A stretch of 64,000 bases of DNA from Candidatus Aenigmatarchaeota archaeon (GCA_016432325.1 CP066684.1:416001-480000), one strand, 5' to 3'; positions 46,135-54,957 are shown, numbered from the stretch's first letter. Numbers and translations: made by a program. The notes: a model not told the origin generated them from the letters alone.

Positions 46135-46221
46135 TCACTTCACCCCTGCAATGCGTCTGGCGGCCTTTGTGAGGCCGCGCAGCGCCTTTGAAACCGTCCT
46201 TGCGAATTTTATTGCAACCAT
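46135..46221 (-). CDS. 28-aa cationic amphipathic peptide (MVAIKFARTVSKALRGLTKAARRIAGVK)
   Basis: Manual translation; TATAAAG ~20 nt upstream; stop 1 nt before next ATG. Confidence 0.5.
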   Translation of the reverse strand: MVAIKFARTVSKALRGLTKAARRIAGVK

Positions 46222-46252
46222 TTGCCACACCACTGTCACTTTATAGTAGCTA

Positions 46253-46657
46253 CTAGTATATATAGCTTATTTCGTCCTCGGAAACGCTTTTAACGGGCTT
46301 ATCGGAGCGTATTGAGCCTGTTCCTACGTTTAAGGCGCCCACGGGGTCGGTCTTGCCACTATACGCCAAGGCCCCATAACACGCCAGATCTATGACTTCC
46401 TTGGCCTCCGGAAGGCCGTATCCGGACATGTCGCGCCTGTGGAGCTGCGTGGTGAACATTACAGTCTTCAGAATGTTGTCGCCTGTAACGGCTTTGTTTG
46501 AAAGGTCCTTGAGGCCGTTGACAACCGCAGTCACATCGTTCTGGCTCCTGTGAACGTTAGTCGCCACCATGATCGCGACAGGCGAAAAGAGCCCTTCCTT
46601 GCAGGGGCGCGACCCGCGCAATTCCCTTACCATCTGTTCCACAGGATCTATGGCCAT
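46253..46657 (-). CDS. Hypothetical protein
   Basis: ORF track; TTAAATA box upstream. Confidence 0.65.
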   Translation of the reverse strand: MAIDPVEQMVRELRGSRPCKEGLFSPVAIMVATNVHRSQNDVTAVVNGLKDLSNKAVTGDNILKTVMFTTQLHRRDMSGYGLPEAKEVIDLACYGALAYSGKTDPVGALNVGTGSIRSDKPVKSVSEDEISYIY

Positions 46658-46722
46658 ACGCGTAGAACGAACGTAAGCTATTTAACCACCACTTGGTAGA
46701 TAGTTTAAATATGGCTTTCCTG

Positions 46723-47796
46723 TCACCCGTAAACAATCTTCTGCGCTATCTTCCGCGCCGCAGGCAGCCTCCTGTGGTGGCGCGCGAAGAACTTCTTCAT
46801 CAGTTCGATTGTTACGGCCTTTAGCTCGCCTGTAAGGAGCTTCCCGGACGCGTACGACTCGCGCACGCGCTCGACCTTACTGTCCGAAGGCTCGAAATAC
46901 TTCAGGAGCTGGAACGCAACGTCGACGTCCGGATTGCCCCCGTGCTTCCTGTGTTCGTCGACCGTATCACGTCCTCCTGAAAAGGCGTATTTCTTTATCT
47001 TCTGCTCCACGACCTCCGGAGTGTCGTCCAGATAGATTGCCGAGTTGGGGTCAGAAGAGGACATCTTCGAACTGGGCCCGCCGAGGGCCGGCACGTGTTT
47101 TACGTAAAGAGACGCGGGAGGCACGAAACCGTACGGAAGCCTCGCCGCAACGTCGCGCGTCGCGCGGATGTGCGGGTCCTGGTCCAGAGCCACAGGAACG
47201 ATGCCTATTCGCGGCCCGTCGAGCTGAGGATATAGTATGTCAGCGAGTTGCAAAAAGACCGCGGCCATTTTTCCGGGGTTCAAGTGACCATAAATGGCAC
47301 GGAACGCATTTTCCGTGAACTTCTTGCTTATCTCGAACGCCAGCTCGTAATAGCGCGCGGGCATGCGCGACTGCACGTAGACGCATTTCTTCGGCACGCC
47401 AAGGGCAAGCACGTGCGCGGCGTTTTCCAGCGCGTAACGCTTAGCCTCTTCCATCGTTTGTATGCGCTCGCGCGACACGTACGCGTCTATGTCCGCGACG
47501 GCAAAATACGTATCAGCGCCCTGCTTCTGGAAGAAACGGACGAAGTCGATTATGCTCATGTGGCCTATGTGCATGCGCCCTGAGGAGGCGATGCCTGTCA
47601 TGCAGTACGTGCGTTTTCGCGTACGCAGCGCGTTCACAAATGCGTCAAAATCCCTGTGGGCCACTGCGATTCCGCGGCGGAAGTAGACGTGGTCCAGACG
47701 CTCGCGCGCGGACAGCGTCTTGATGCCGAACTCTGCGAAGAGATGTTCGTAGTCGCTCACGGCGTCGTTGCTCCACGGGTCCAGACGTTCTGCCAT
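46723..47796 (-). CDS. trpS: Tryptophanyl-tRNA synthetase (archaeal type)
   Basis: HRDF, MHIGH, DQDPHIR.TRD, KMSSS, YAFSGGR, GGNP. Confidence 0.96.
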   Translation of the reverse strand: MAERLDPWSNDAVSDYEHLFAEFGIKTLSARERLDHVYFRRGIAVAHRDFDAFVNALRTRKRTYCMTGIASSGRMHIGHMSIIDFVRFFQKQGADTYFAVADIDAYVSRERIQTMEEAKRYALENAAHVLALGVPKKCVYVQSRMPARYYELAFEISKKFTENAFRAIYGHLNPGKMAAVFLQLADILYPQLDGPRIGIVPVALDQDPHIRATRDVAARLPYGFVPPASLYVKHVPALGGPSSKMSSSDPNSAIYLDDTPEVVEQKIKKYAFSGGRDTVDEHRKHGGNPDVDVAFQLLKYFEPSDSKVERVRESYASGKLLTGELKAVTIELMKKFFARHHRRLPAARKIAQKIVYG

Positions 47797-47843
47797 GGGT
47801 TAAGATGGGTTGTAGAGAGTATAAAAAGTGGGATGGGACGATG

Positions 47844-48362
47844 TCACTTCAGCACCTTCACTTCGATCGTGCAGGGCGTGGGCAGCTTGGCCGCGGCGCG
47901 CCACAGGGCTTCTCTGGCGACGGCTTCCTTATCCTTTGCAACGCGCGCGATTATCAGCGTCTGTCCGGCGCGCACGCGGGCCGCGAAACCGACAGGAGAA
48001 CCGAACGAGCGCCGCATGCCTTCCTGCAGGCGGTCAGCTCCTGCGCCTGTGGCCATGCTGTTTTCGCGCATCACGTGATAGGGGTAGGGGACTATTTTGA
48101 AGAAGTATGTGAGAGCGTTGTCGGCCAGATATTTGTTGGCGTTCGTGCGCGCGGCCTCAAGGGCGTTGTGGCGTATCTGGACGCTGCGCGAAGCGACGAG
48201 TGCGACCTCCATGTCGAACGCGGCCTTCGAATCGCCGAACTGGAACTGCCTTATCTTCGGCTCCGGGACGCCCACGACGTACGATTTCTTCGGCACGCGC
48301 CTAGAGATGCGCGTGTAAGGGCGCTTCGGCTGCGTATAACATTTGGCCGGCCTGAGTGACAT
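47844..48362 (-). CDS. rpl10e: 50S ribosomal protein L10e (uL16)
   Basis: MSLRPAKCY, QIRHNALEAAR, REN.MATGAGADR...GMR.SFG.P, KLP. Confidence 0.97.
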   Translation of the reverse strand: MSLRPAKCYTQPKRPYTRISRRVPKKSYVVGVPEPKIRQFQFGDSKAAFDMEVALVASRSVQIRHNALEAARTNANKYLADNALTYFFKIVPYPYHVMRENSMATGAGADRLQEGMRRSFGSPVGFAARVRAGQTLIIARVAKDKEAVAREALWRAAAKLPTPCTIEVKVLK

Positions 48363-48514
48363 CAAAACACCTGCAGGGTTTGCGTGAGCCAACGTATTTA
48401 AGGCTTCCCAACCCGAGGACGGACGCCTAAAACGGGAGTTTTGAGGACGGAGCGCGGGAAACCGAAGCGCGCCCCGGAAGAGAACCATATAAACTTTGCC
48501 GCCTATACAATTCT

Positions 48515-49564
48515 ATGGCCATCGCATCGGCGCCCGGGAAAGCAATCTTGTTCGGCGAGCACTCCGTGGTATATCCGTCGCCATGGATGGATTCGCAGCC
48601 CCACAAGGCGCTGGCAGGCGCCATACAGGAACGGGTCTATGTCGAAGTCGTTCGGACAGATGACGGCGTGCTCAACGTCGGCACATCAATAGGCCTGCGC
48701 TGCACATCCCAGAAAAAAGAGCTCTACGAACTGGCTGTGAAGTTCAGAGAGGCGTTCGGAAGGCAGCCGCGAGACATTGCGGCCCTCAAGGCTCTTCACG
48801 AAAACGACGCGGATGGTCTGGCGCCGATAAAACTCATAGCGGCTCTGTCAGACATAGACGGCGCGCGCGTTTACGTGGGCAAGCCTCCAACAGCCGTCCC
48901 GGCCGGCGCGCACCTCGGCAGCAGCAGCGCGGCCTTCGCGGCTCTGGCCGGCGCTCTTCTCGAAACCAAGACCGCGTTCGATACGGGCAGTGTCAACGAG
49001 CTGACGCACGCCGGGGATGCGCTCGTTCTAGGAGCGCCTTCTGGCATCGACAACACCGTCGTCTCGTACGGCGGAGCGGTCCTGTATACGAAATCAGACC
49101 CTTCAGTGGCCGGACGCATCGACCGACTCAAAATAAACGGGCTGGAAATGGCCGTCGCGAACACAGGCATCGTGTCAAAAACAGGAGACATGGTTGCGAA
49201 GGTTCGCATGCGCCTGGAAGAGGACGCGAGCAAGATGGCCCTGATGGACCGGATAAACCAGATCGTGGCCGAAGGCTTTGACGCCCTGAACGGCGGGAAC
49301 CTGACGAAGATAGGACAGCTCATGAACCAGAACCACGATATCCTCTCGAAGTTCGGACTTTCGATACCGCAGATTGAGACGGCGCGCGCGGTAGCACTGA
49401 ACGCCGGCGCTTACGGAGCGAAAGGCACGGGCGCGTACGGAGGCGGCTGCGTCATCGCGGTGGCGGAGAATCCGCAGAAAATCGTCGACGCGTGGCGGGC
49501 GAAAGGACTGGACGCGTGGGTCACGAAATGGGGAGAAGCCGAAGGTGCGCGTGTCGAGGCCTGA
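48515..49564 (+). CDS. mvk: Mevalonate kinase (GHMP family)
   Basis: SAPGKAILFGEHSVVY, P.GA.LGSSSA, SGIDN, GAK.TGA.GGGC. Confidence 0.9.
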   Translation: MAIASAPGKAILFGEHSVVYPSPWMDSQPHKALAGAIQERVYVEVVRTDDGVLNVGTSIGLRCTSQKKELYELAVKFREAFGRQPRDIAALKALHENDADGLAPIKLIAALSDIDGARVYVGKPPTAVPAGAHLGSSSAAFAALAGALLETKTAFDTGSVNELTHAGDALVLGAPSGIDNTVVSYGGAVLYTKSDPSVAGRIDRLKINGLEMAVANTGIVSKTGDMVAKVRMRLEEDASKMALMDRINQIVAEGFDALNGGNLTKIGQLMNQNHDILSKFGLSIPQIETARAVALNAGAYGAKGTGAYGGGCVIAVAENPQKIVDAWRAKGLDAWVTKWGEAEGARVEA

Positions 49565-49600
49565 CCTTAATCTTAAATCCTTTCTTTTCTAACAACGCAT

Positions 49601-50632
49601 ATGAAAGCCACGGCCGTCGCTCCGTCGAATATCGCGTGGGTCAAGTACTGGGGACGCAGAAATGACGCGCTCGTCCTGCCGACGAACTCCAACTTCTCAA
49701 TGACATTCGGCCCGACAAAAACCAATCCGGAGGGTATGCACACGACAACGACAGTCGAATTCTCAGACGCGTTTGATATGGACACCGTAATCATAGACGG
49801 GAAGGAAGCGGACAGAAACGCATACGACCGCACTGTCGCGCACCTCAACATCATAAGAGGTTTGGCAGGCGTCAACTACAGATTCAAGATGGAATCACGA
49901 AACAACTTCCCATACGGAGCCGGCTTCGCTTCCAGCGCGTCCGGAGGCGCGGCCGAGGCGTACGCCGCGTCCGAAGCCCTGGGACTCAGGCTGAGCAAGG
50001 AGAAACTCTCCGTTCTCGCCAGACTATCGGGCTCCGGTTCTGCCGCACGCTCCGTGCACGGCGGATGGGTCATGTGGCAAAAGGGTGAACGCGAGGACGG
50101 CGAGGATTCTCACGCGATTCGGGTGTTCGATGAGAACCACTGGCCAGACGTGCGTGTGCTGGCGACTGTCCTCGACGACAAAGTGAAGGGAGTCCGCTCG
50201 GCAGAAGGAATGAAGGAGAGCGTCGAGAGTTGCCCGTTGTACGCGCTATGGCCGTCAACGGCCGAAAGCGACCTGAAGAGGCTCATACCGGCCATAGAGA
50301 GGCGCGACTTCAGCACGGCTGGACTTATAGCCGAATATAACTGCAGGGCGCTCCACGCCATAATGCTGGCGACGCGGGAAGGCCCGAAGGACAGGCCTCT
50401 GATATACTTTGCCCCCGAGACCATAGCGTTGATGAAGCAAGTCCACGCATGGCGCGCGGAAGGGCTCGAGGCGTACTACACCATCGACGCCGGGCCTAAC
50501 GTCAAGGTAATCTGCATGAAAGAAGACGAAGCGACCCTGACAGATAGGCTCAAGTCTCTTCCCTTCGTGAAGAACGTTATTCCGACTCAACCAGGGCCAG
50601 GAGCGAGGCTCGCGGATGAGCATCTGTTCTAG
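49601..50632 (+). CDS. mvaD: (Di)phosphomevalonate decarboxylase family; likely mevalonate-5-phosphate decarboxylase given IPK nearby
   Basis: NIAWVKYWG, NNFP.GAG.ASSASG, SGSAARS, YTIDAGPNV. Confidence 0.9.
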   Translation: MKATAVAPSNIAWVKYWGRRNDALVLPTNSNFSMTFGPTKTNPEGMHTTTTVEFSDAFDMDTVIIDGKEADRNAYDRTVAHLNIIRGLAGVNYRFKMESRNNFPYGAGFASSASGGAAEAYAASEALGLRLSKEKLSVLARLSGSGSAARSVHGGWVMWQKGEREDGEDSHAIRVFDENHWPDVRVLATVLDDKVKGVRSAEGMKESVESCPLYALWPSTAESDLKRLIPAIERRDFSTAGLIAEYNCRALHAIMLATREGPKDRPLIYFAPETIALMKQVHAWRAEGLEAYYTIDAGPNVKVICMKEDEATLTDRLKSLPFVKNVIPTQPGPGARLADEHLF

Positions 50633-50742
50633 CTCCCGGTCGATGTGTAGACGCGCGCCGCGACAAATCCGGGTTTCTTCTTCTCCACTTGGAATTTCTT
50701 CCCAAGATTCCGCACATCGATAACGACGTTCGACGTAGCCAT
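50629..50742 (-). pseudogene. Truncated N-terminus of an ABC-transporter ATPase
   Basis: MATSNVVIDVRNLGKKFQVEKKKPGF then stops before any Walker A. Confidence 0.5.
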
Positions 50743-50767
50743 CTTTTTATTCGCCCTGTCGAAATGT

Positions 50768-50935
50768 GTGGGCGTGGGCTCATTTAAAGTTGTTGAAGAG
50801 GCTGGCGGAGTCGCGTGCGCATCGTGCACAAGCAACGATGTCGTTCTTCTGACAGTAATGCCCATTTCTCCGAAGCACGCCAAAGAACGCTACGAATACG
50901 GCTGCACGTCCTGCGGAGATACGTTCACGGTTTAG
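50768..50935 (+). CDS. 55-aa zinc-ribbon protein (CASC...CTSC)
   Basis: Manual translation; two CxxC knuckles; below ORF-track cutoff. Confidence 0.6.
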   Translation: MGVGSFKVVEEAGGVACASCTSNDVVLLTVMPISPKHAKERYEYGCTSCGDTFTV

Positions 50936-51437
50936 ACACTCTGTAATGCAGTTGTATCAAGTTCTGGCCGAGTTTCTTCACGCCGAGCAATCTAAGCTTG
51001 GCCTCGAAGTTGTCGTCGGCGAACAATTTTACGCCGCGTCCGAAAACCAGAGGCTCCACGTCCAGTATTATTTCATATATCAACCCGGCCTTCATGAACG
51101 CGGCGTTCGCCACGCCTCCGCCTCCGATGAGCGCCGTTTTGAAACCCTTCTTTTTCAGAAGCGCGACTGCGGCCTTCGGGGTTTTGGCGTATGAAACACT
51201 ACGTTCGTCTTTTCTGTGCCTGCGCGTCAGGACGACGATGAAGGGGTTGCCGATTTTTTTGAGCAGGCGTTCATCGCTTTTCATTAGTTCGTAGGTTCTC
51301 CTGCCGATAATCAGGTTCCCGAATCTTTTAACTATCCTTGCGTAACTGTTCCATTCTTCTTTCGACCACGGCGTCTCGCCGTCGGGCTTGGCCACGTAGC
51401 CGTTGGCCGTCATGGCCATGTAGAGGATGAGCTTCAT
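50925..51437 (-). CDS. Dihydrofolate reductase/RibD C-terminal domain protein
   Basis: MKLILYMAMTANGYVA, IIGRRTYE, IGGG, DE-like IILDVEPLVFG.G.KLF. Confidence 0.9.
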   Translation of the reverse strand: MKLILYMAMTANGYVAKPDGETPWSKEEWNSYARIVKRFGNLIIGRRTYELMKSDERLLKKIGNPFIVVLTRRHRKDERSVSYAKTPKAAVALLKKKGFKTALIGGGGVANAAFMKAGLIYEIILDVEPLVFGRGVKLFADDNFEAKLRLLGVKKLGQNLIQLHYRVSKP

Positions 51438-51516
51438 ACGTCTATTTCGCTACCCCGATATAAACACCCGCCTGTTATTTAGATTAACCACTCTCGGTGG
51501 TAGTACAGGCCGCGGT

Positions 51517-51637
51517 CCTTTCCACGCTTACCACCGTGTACGAGAACCAAAGGTTCTCGGCATGTCGGAAACGTTTGCGTTTCCGTACACGGTGCATGAA
51601 ACTGCCGTTTCATACCGCCTTTTCCACGCTTACCACC
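51517..51637. repeat. 20-bp perfect direct repeat enclosing a two-hairpin element (51537..51589) and a third hairpin
   Basis: CCTTTCCACGCTTACCACCG at 51517 and 51618. Confidence 0.92.
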
Positions 51638-51682
51638 GCGGTGGTCGAAAAAGCTTGACATTCCCGGCGCACCATAAACGGC

Positions 51683-51907
51683 ATGGATGCGACGCAACGA
51701 CGCAGGAAGGTCCTTCTCAAGGCGTACGAGATGAACAACGGGCCGCAAAGCGGGGCGGCCCAGCTTACTCTGGACTACTACGCAGCGCTGAGCGCGCGAC
51801 CGCACGGCTACCACGGCCCTCCGGAATGCCTGCTGTTTGACGTCCATCCGACGATATACTATCCGGCTTTCGTGGCACAACACGCGAAGGCAAATCTTAT
51901 ATACTAG
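51683..51907 (+). CDS. Small hypothetical protein
   Basis: ORF track only. Confidence 0.45.
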   Translation: MDATQRRRKVLLKAYEMNNGPQSGAAQLTLDYYAALSARPHGYHGPPECLLFDVHPTIYYPAFVAQHAKANLIY

Positions 51908-51937
51908 ATGTGATAAAATATGATACGTGATATAACT

Positions 51938-52138
51938 ATGGACGGTCTGGCGAGGACGCGAAAGGTCGGGGGATCGCTTGTCGTGACCATACCCAAGGAG
52001 ATAGTAAAGGAGGAAGGCCTGCGCGAGGGCGAACTCGTCAGGATAGACGTCAAGAGGCCTGTGACATCCGGTTTCGGCATCTTCAAAGGCGCGAAGCCTT
52101 TTTCCCAAAAGGAGGAGATGAAGTGGCATGACGTCTAA
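51938..52138 (+). CDS. vapB: AbrB/MazE-type antitoxin
   Basis: RKVGGSLVVTIPKEIV...GL.EG..V; overlaps PIN gene; TGATA repeats upstream. Confidence 0.88.
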   Translation: MDGLARTRKVGGSLVVTIPKEIVKEEGLREGELVRIDVKRPVTSGFGIFKGAKPFSQKEEMKWHDV

Positions 52139-52520
52139 GCTTGTCGTGGACACTCACGCGTGGATTGAGTACTTTCTCGGTTCCGAAGCGGGCGGTAAAG
52201 TGGCCGGTCTCGTCGAAAACGGCGGCCACGAGATTAGCACAAGCGTCATGACTATCGCCGAGATTACAAGCACGCTTAAGAGGCGCAACCTCGACGCGGA
52301 CAGGGCGCTGCGCACCGTCTTGAGCCTTTCCGGCGTCTTCCAGATAGACACCGAGTTTGCCGCAGAAGCCGGCGTTCTGCACGCGGATGTCAGAAAGGAC
52401 GTAAAAGATATTGGCCTCGCGGACATCTTCGTTCTGCTCACAGCGCGCAAGCTCGGCGCCAAGGTCGTGACAGGCGACCCTCATTTCAAGGGATTCAAGG
52501 AAGCGATGATGATAAGGTGA
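52128..52520 (+). CDS. vapC: PIN-domain toxin
   Basis: VVDT.AWIEY, TIAE, LAD, VTGDPHF. Confidence 0.92.
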   Translation: MTSKLVVDTHAWIEYFLGSEAGGKVAGLVENGGHEISTSVMTIAEITSTLKRRNLDADRALRTVLSLSGVFQIDTEFAAEAGVLHADVRKDVKDIGLADIFVLLTARKLGAKVVTGDPHFKGFKEAMMIR

Positions 52521-52527
52521 ATTCGCC

Positions 52528-53223
52528 TCAGCCGCGGGCTTCCAGCCGTTCCATCCTGTCAATCAACAGCTGTGACCAGCTCTCGAACTTCTCCTTCTCC
52601 CCTGTTAACTCGTGCGGCTGCATGAATCTCAGTTCCCCTATTCCGGCTTCCCGGCGCAGGGCGACCTTCGGCTCGTCTACTTCAAGTATCCAGACGGTTC
52701 CGAAATGCACCTTCCCCACCTCGTTTGAATCGTCGTTTATGAAGCAAACCAGTATCGGAGGCTTAAGCGGCCTGGCCTCGAGGCTTATTTCTTCCTCTAT
52801 CTCGCGCCATACGGCCTTGAGAAGGAATTCCGGTTTGTCCTTGGAACCCACCAGCGCCCTCTGTTCCAGGTCGCGGGCATTGACGTGGCCGCCTATGCCT
52901 ATGGAATGCTTGCTCTTGAGCCGCTCCTCCTGTCCGCGCGGCGTTCGCCTGTAGGCGAGGTAGCTTTTGCCGCACTTCACTATTGCGTACACGACTATCT
53001 GCTTCAGGCTGGCGTCTGTTTCGGCCTGGCTCCTCGGCACGAAACGGGTGCTTTCCTGGACCTGTTGCCAAAGGTCGCTGTCGTAGAATACGCTATCGTT
53101 GCGTCGCCCGATAAGGGAACTCGCGAAACACGCCACCATCTCTTCCAAATGCCCCACCATCGAAACGTTGAACAATCTGTTATATAATCTTACCTTCAGG
53201 ATTTGCTTGTCGCGGGCGACCAC
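52528..53223 (-). CDS. Predicted NUDIX-family phosphoesterase (COG4112-like)
   Basis: AE.D.SLKQIVVY, E.RL..K.SIGIGGH, REIEEE, INDD...VG.VHFG, ESWS. Confidence 0.85.
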   Translation of the reverse strand: MVARDKQILKVRLYNRLFNVSMVGHLEEMVACFASSLIGRRNDSVFYDSDLWQQVQESTRFVPRSQAETDASLKQIVVYAIVKCGKSYLAYRRTPRGQEERLKSKHSIGIGGHVNARDLEQRALVGSKDKPEFLLKAVWREIEEEISLEARPLKPPILVCFINDDSNEVGKVHFGTVWILEVDEPKVALRREAGIGELRFMQPHELTGEKEKFESWSQLLIDRMERLEARG

Positions 53224-53283
53224 CGGCTTATATTAAACGGTGCCTTTATGGTAGCCGCTCTTGGGCGACTCGGTGTGGTATGG

Positions 53284-54075
53284 ATGAAAGGCCTTTACGT
53301 TCTCAAACTCGGCGGCTCGCTCGTTACTGACAAATCCTCGGCAGAACCGAAGCTGGCTCCTGACGCGCTGTTGAAGAGACTCTCGGCCGAGATACGCGAC
53401 TTCTGCGCGGACGGAGCGAGCCTTATCGTCGTGCACGGCGCGGGCTCTTACGGCCATCCTCTGGCGAAAAGCAGCGGCATACACGAAGGCATCAGGACCA
53501 AGGACCAGCTCGTGGCGTTCGCCGAAACCCAGAAGCAGGTGAACGAGCTTGCAGTCAACGTCGCCGGTTACCTCATCAGAGCCGGCGTTCCTGCGATGCC
53601 TGTTCAGGCGTCGGCCTCGGCCGTGATGAACTCGGGGAAGCTCGAAAAGATGGACGTTGACGTAATAAGAGATCTTCTCGACATCGGCATGGTCCCGCTT
53701 CTATACGGAGTACCTGCTTACGACAGAACGAACGGTTGTTCGATATTGTCAGGAGACGAGATAGCGCCTTACCTTGCCCGCGCGCTTCAGGCAAAACTCA
53801 TCGTCCACGCGTCCGATACAGACGGCATCTTCACCGCGGACCCGAGAAAGGACAAGAGCGCGACGCTCATAGAGCTTGTAACGCGCGACAACCTCGGCGA
53901 AGTGCGCAAGTCTCTTTCAGGCTCGTCGCACGTTGACGTGAGCGGCGGCGCGGAGCGCAAGGTCATGGAGCTCTTCAACTTCGGCGTCGAGTCGTGCATA
54001 GTCAACGGCTTCACCGAGGGCAACATATTGCGAGCACTGAGAGGCGAGCGCGTCGGGACGCGGATAGTTCCGTGA
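53284..54075 (+). CDS. ipk: Isopentenyl phosphate kinase
   Basis: LKLGGSLVTDK, VHGAGSYGH, ILSGD, DG.F..DP, DVSGG...K; near MVA genes. Confidence 0.9.
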   Translation: MKGLYVLKLGGSLVTDKSSAEPKLAPDALLKRLSAEIRDFCADGASLIVVHGAGSYGHPLAKSSGIHEGIRTKDQLVAFAETQKQVNELAVNVAGYLIRAGVPAMPVQASASAVMNSGKLEKMDVDVIRDLLDIGMVPLLYGVPAYDRTNGCSILSGDEIAPYLARALQAKLIVHASDTDGIFTADPRKDKSATLIELVTRDNLGEVRKSLSGSSHVDVSGGAERKVMELFNFGVESCIVNGFTEGNILRALRGERVGTRIVP

Positions 54076-54168
54076 GGTCGACGACGCAACGTTTCTGAAG
54101 ATTCTTATACTGTTTCCGCCCAATAGGCGCAGGCGAGCCTTTGCCCGACGGCGCCGCTCGTCCCGTTT

Positions 54169-54957
54169 GTGATACGCATGTCCGGCGACATCATAGAGTT
54201 CATTTCCGAACACGGCGTGGAAATCGCTCTCGTATTGATAGGCCTCTGGGTCGTTTACTCCATATTCCAGCCCATAGACGTGTTCAACGAGGAACGTTCG
54301 GTCGAAGGGGCGGCGACGAACTTGACGAATGCGATTAACGAGGTTTACCTGTGCGGAACTGGACAGGGGAAGGAAGGGTGCGCGACGACAAAAGAGTTTA
54401 TCGTTTCGATGCCGCAGAAGAATGCTTTTGAAGGGGGTTCTAGGGATCCGAGATGGGTTGTTTATTGGAAGAGGGACCCTGCAAACGTACACGAACCGGG
54501 TGATACTAACCGAGTCGGCGGACCAGACGATGAATTCATTCGTGTAAGTACTCTTGCCTGTCAGGTTCAATTCCCGCCCGTTGCGGCCCAATGCGGTCCT
54601 GGGGGGACAAAGGGCGCATGTTACGGCGCATACGAAAGAGAGAATCTCGAACAGAAGCCTCTCGCCGCCGCCAAGGAGGAAAACTGGGACGGTGTCAGAA
54701 ACTTCTGGTTGGCCAGCCCTTGTTGGGCAAAGATGGAGGCCTACTGGGATGAAGGAAGGGAACAGGTCGGGTTAAGATTCGTTGAAAATCTGCGCCCCGA
54801 TGGAAAGTACAGCTACTGCTGTGACGAGAATCCTGAAGCCATTGCGGCGTTCTGTAAATTGGAGACATTTGAAAGCAACTGGCCAGAGAAAGGAAAAGCA
54901 TTCCAAGACGGCGGTAGGAGCAAAGAGCCGCTGAATGGCTGCGATTACACGGATTAG
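54169..54957 (+). CDS. Membrane-anchored Cys-rich (10 Cys) extracellular protein with pilin-like helix
   Basis: N-terminal TM; AATNLTNAINEVYLC. Confidence 0.65.
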   Translation: MIRMSGDIIEFISEHGVEIALVLIGLWVVYSIFQPIDVFNEERSVEGAATNLTNAINEVYLCGTGQGKEGCATTKEFIVSMPQKNAFEGGSRDPRWVVYWKRDPANVHEPGDTNRVGGPDDEFIRVSTLACQVQFPPVAAQCGPGGTKGACYGAYERENLEQKPLAAAKEENWDGVRNFWLASPCWAKMEAYWDEGREQVGLRFVENLRPDGKYSYCCDENPEAIAAFCKLETFESNWPEKGKAFQDGGRSKEPLNGCDYTD

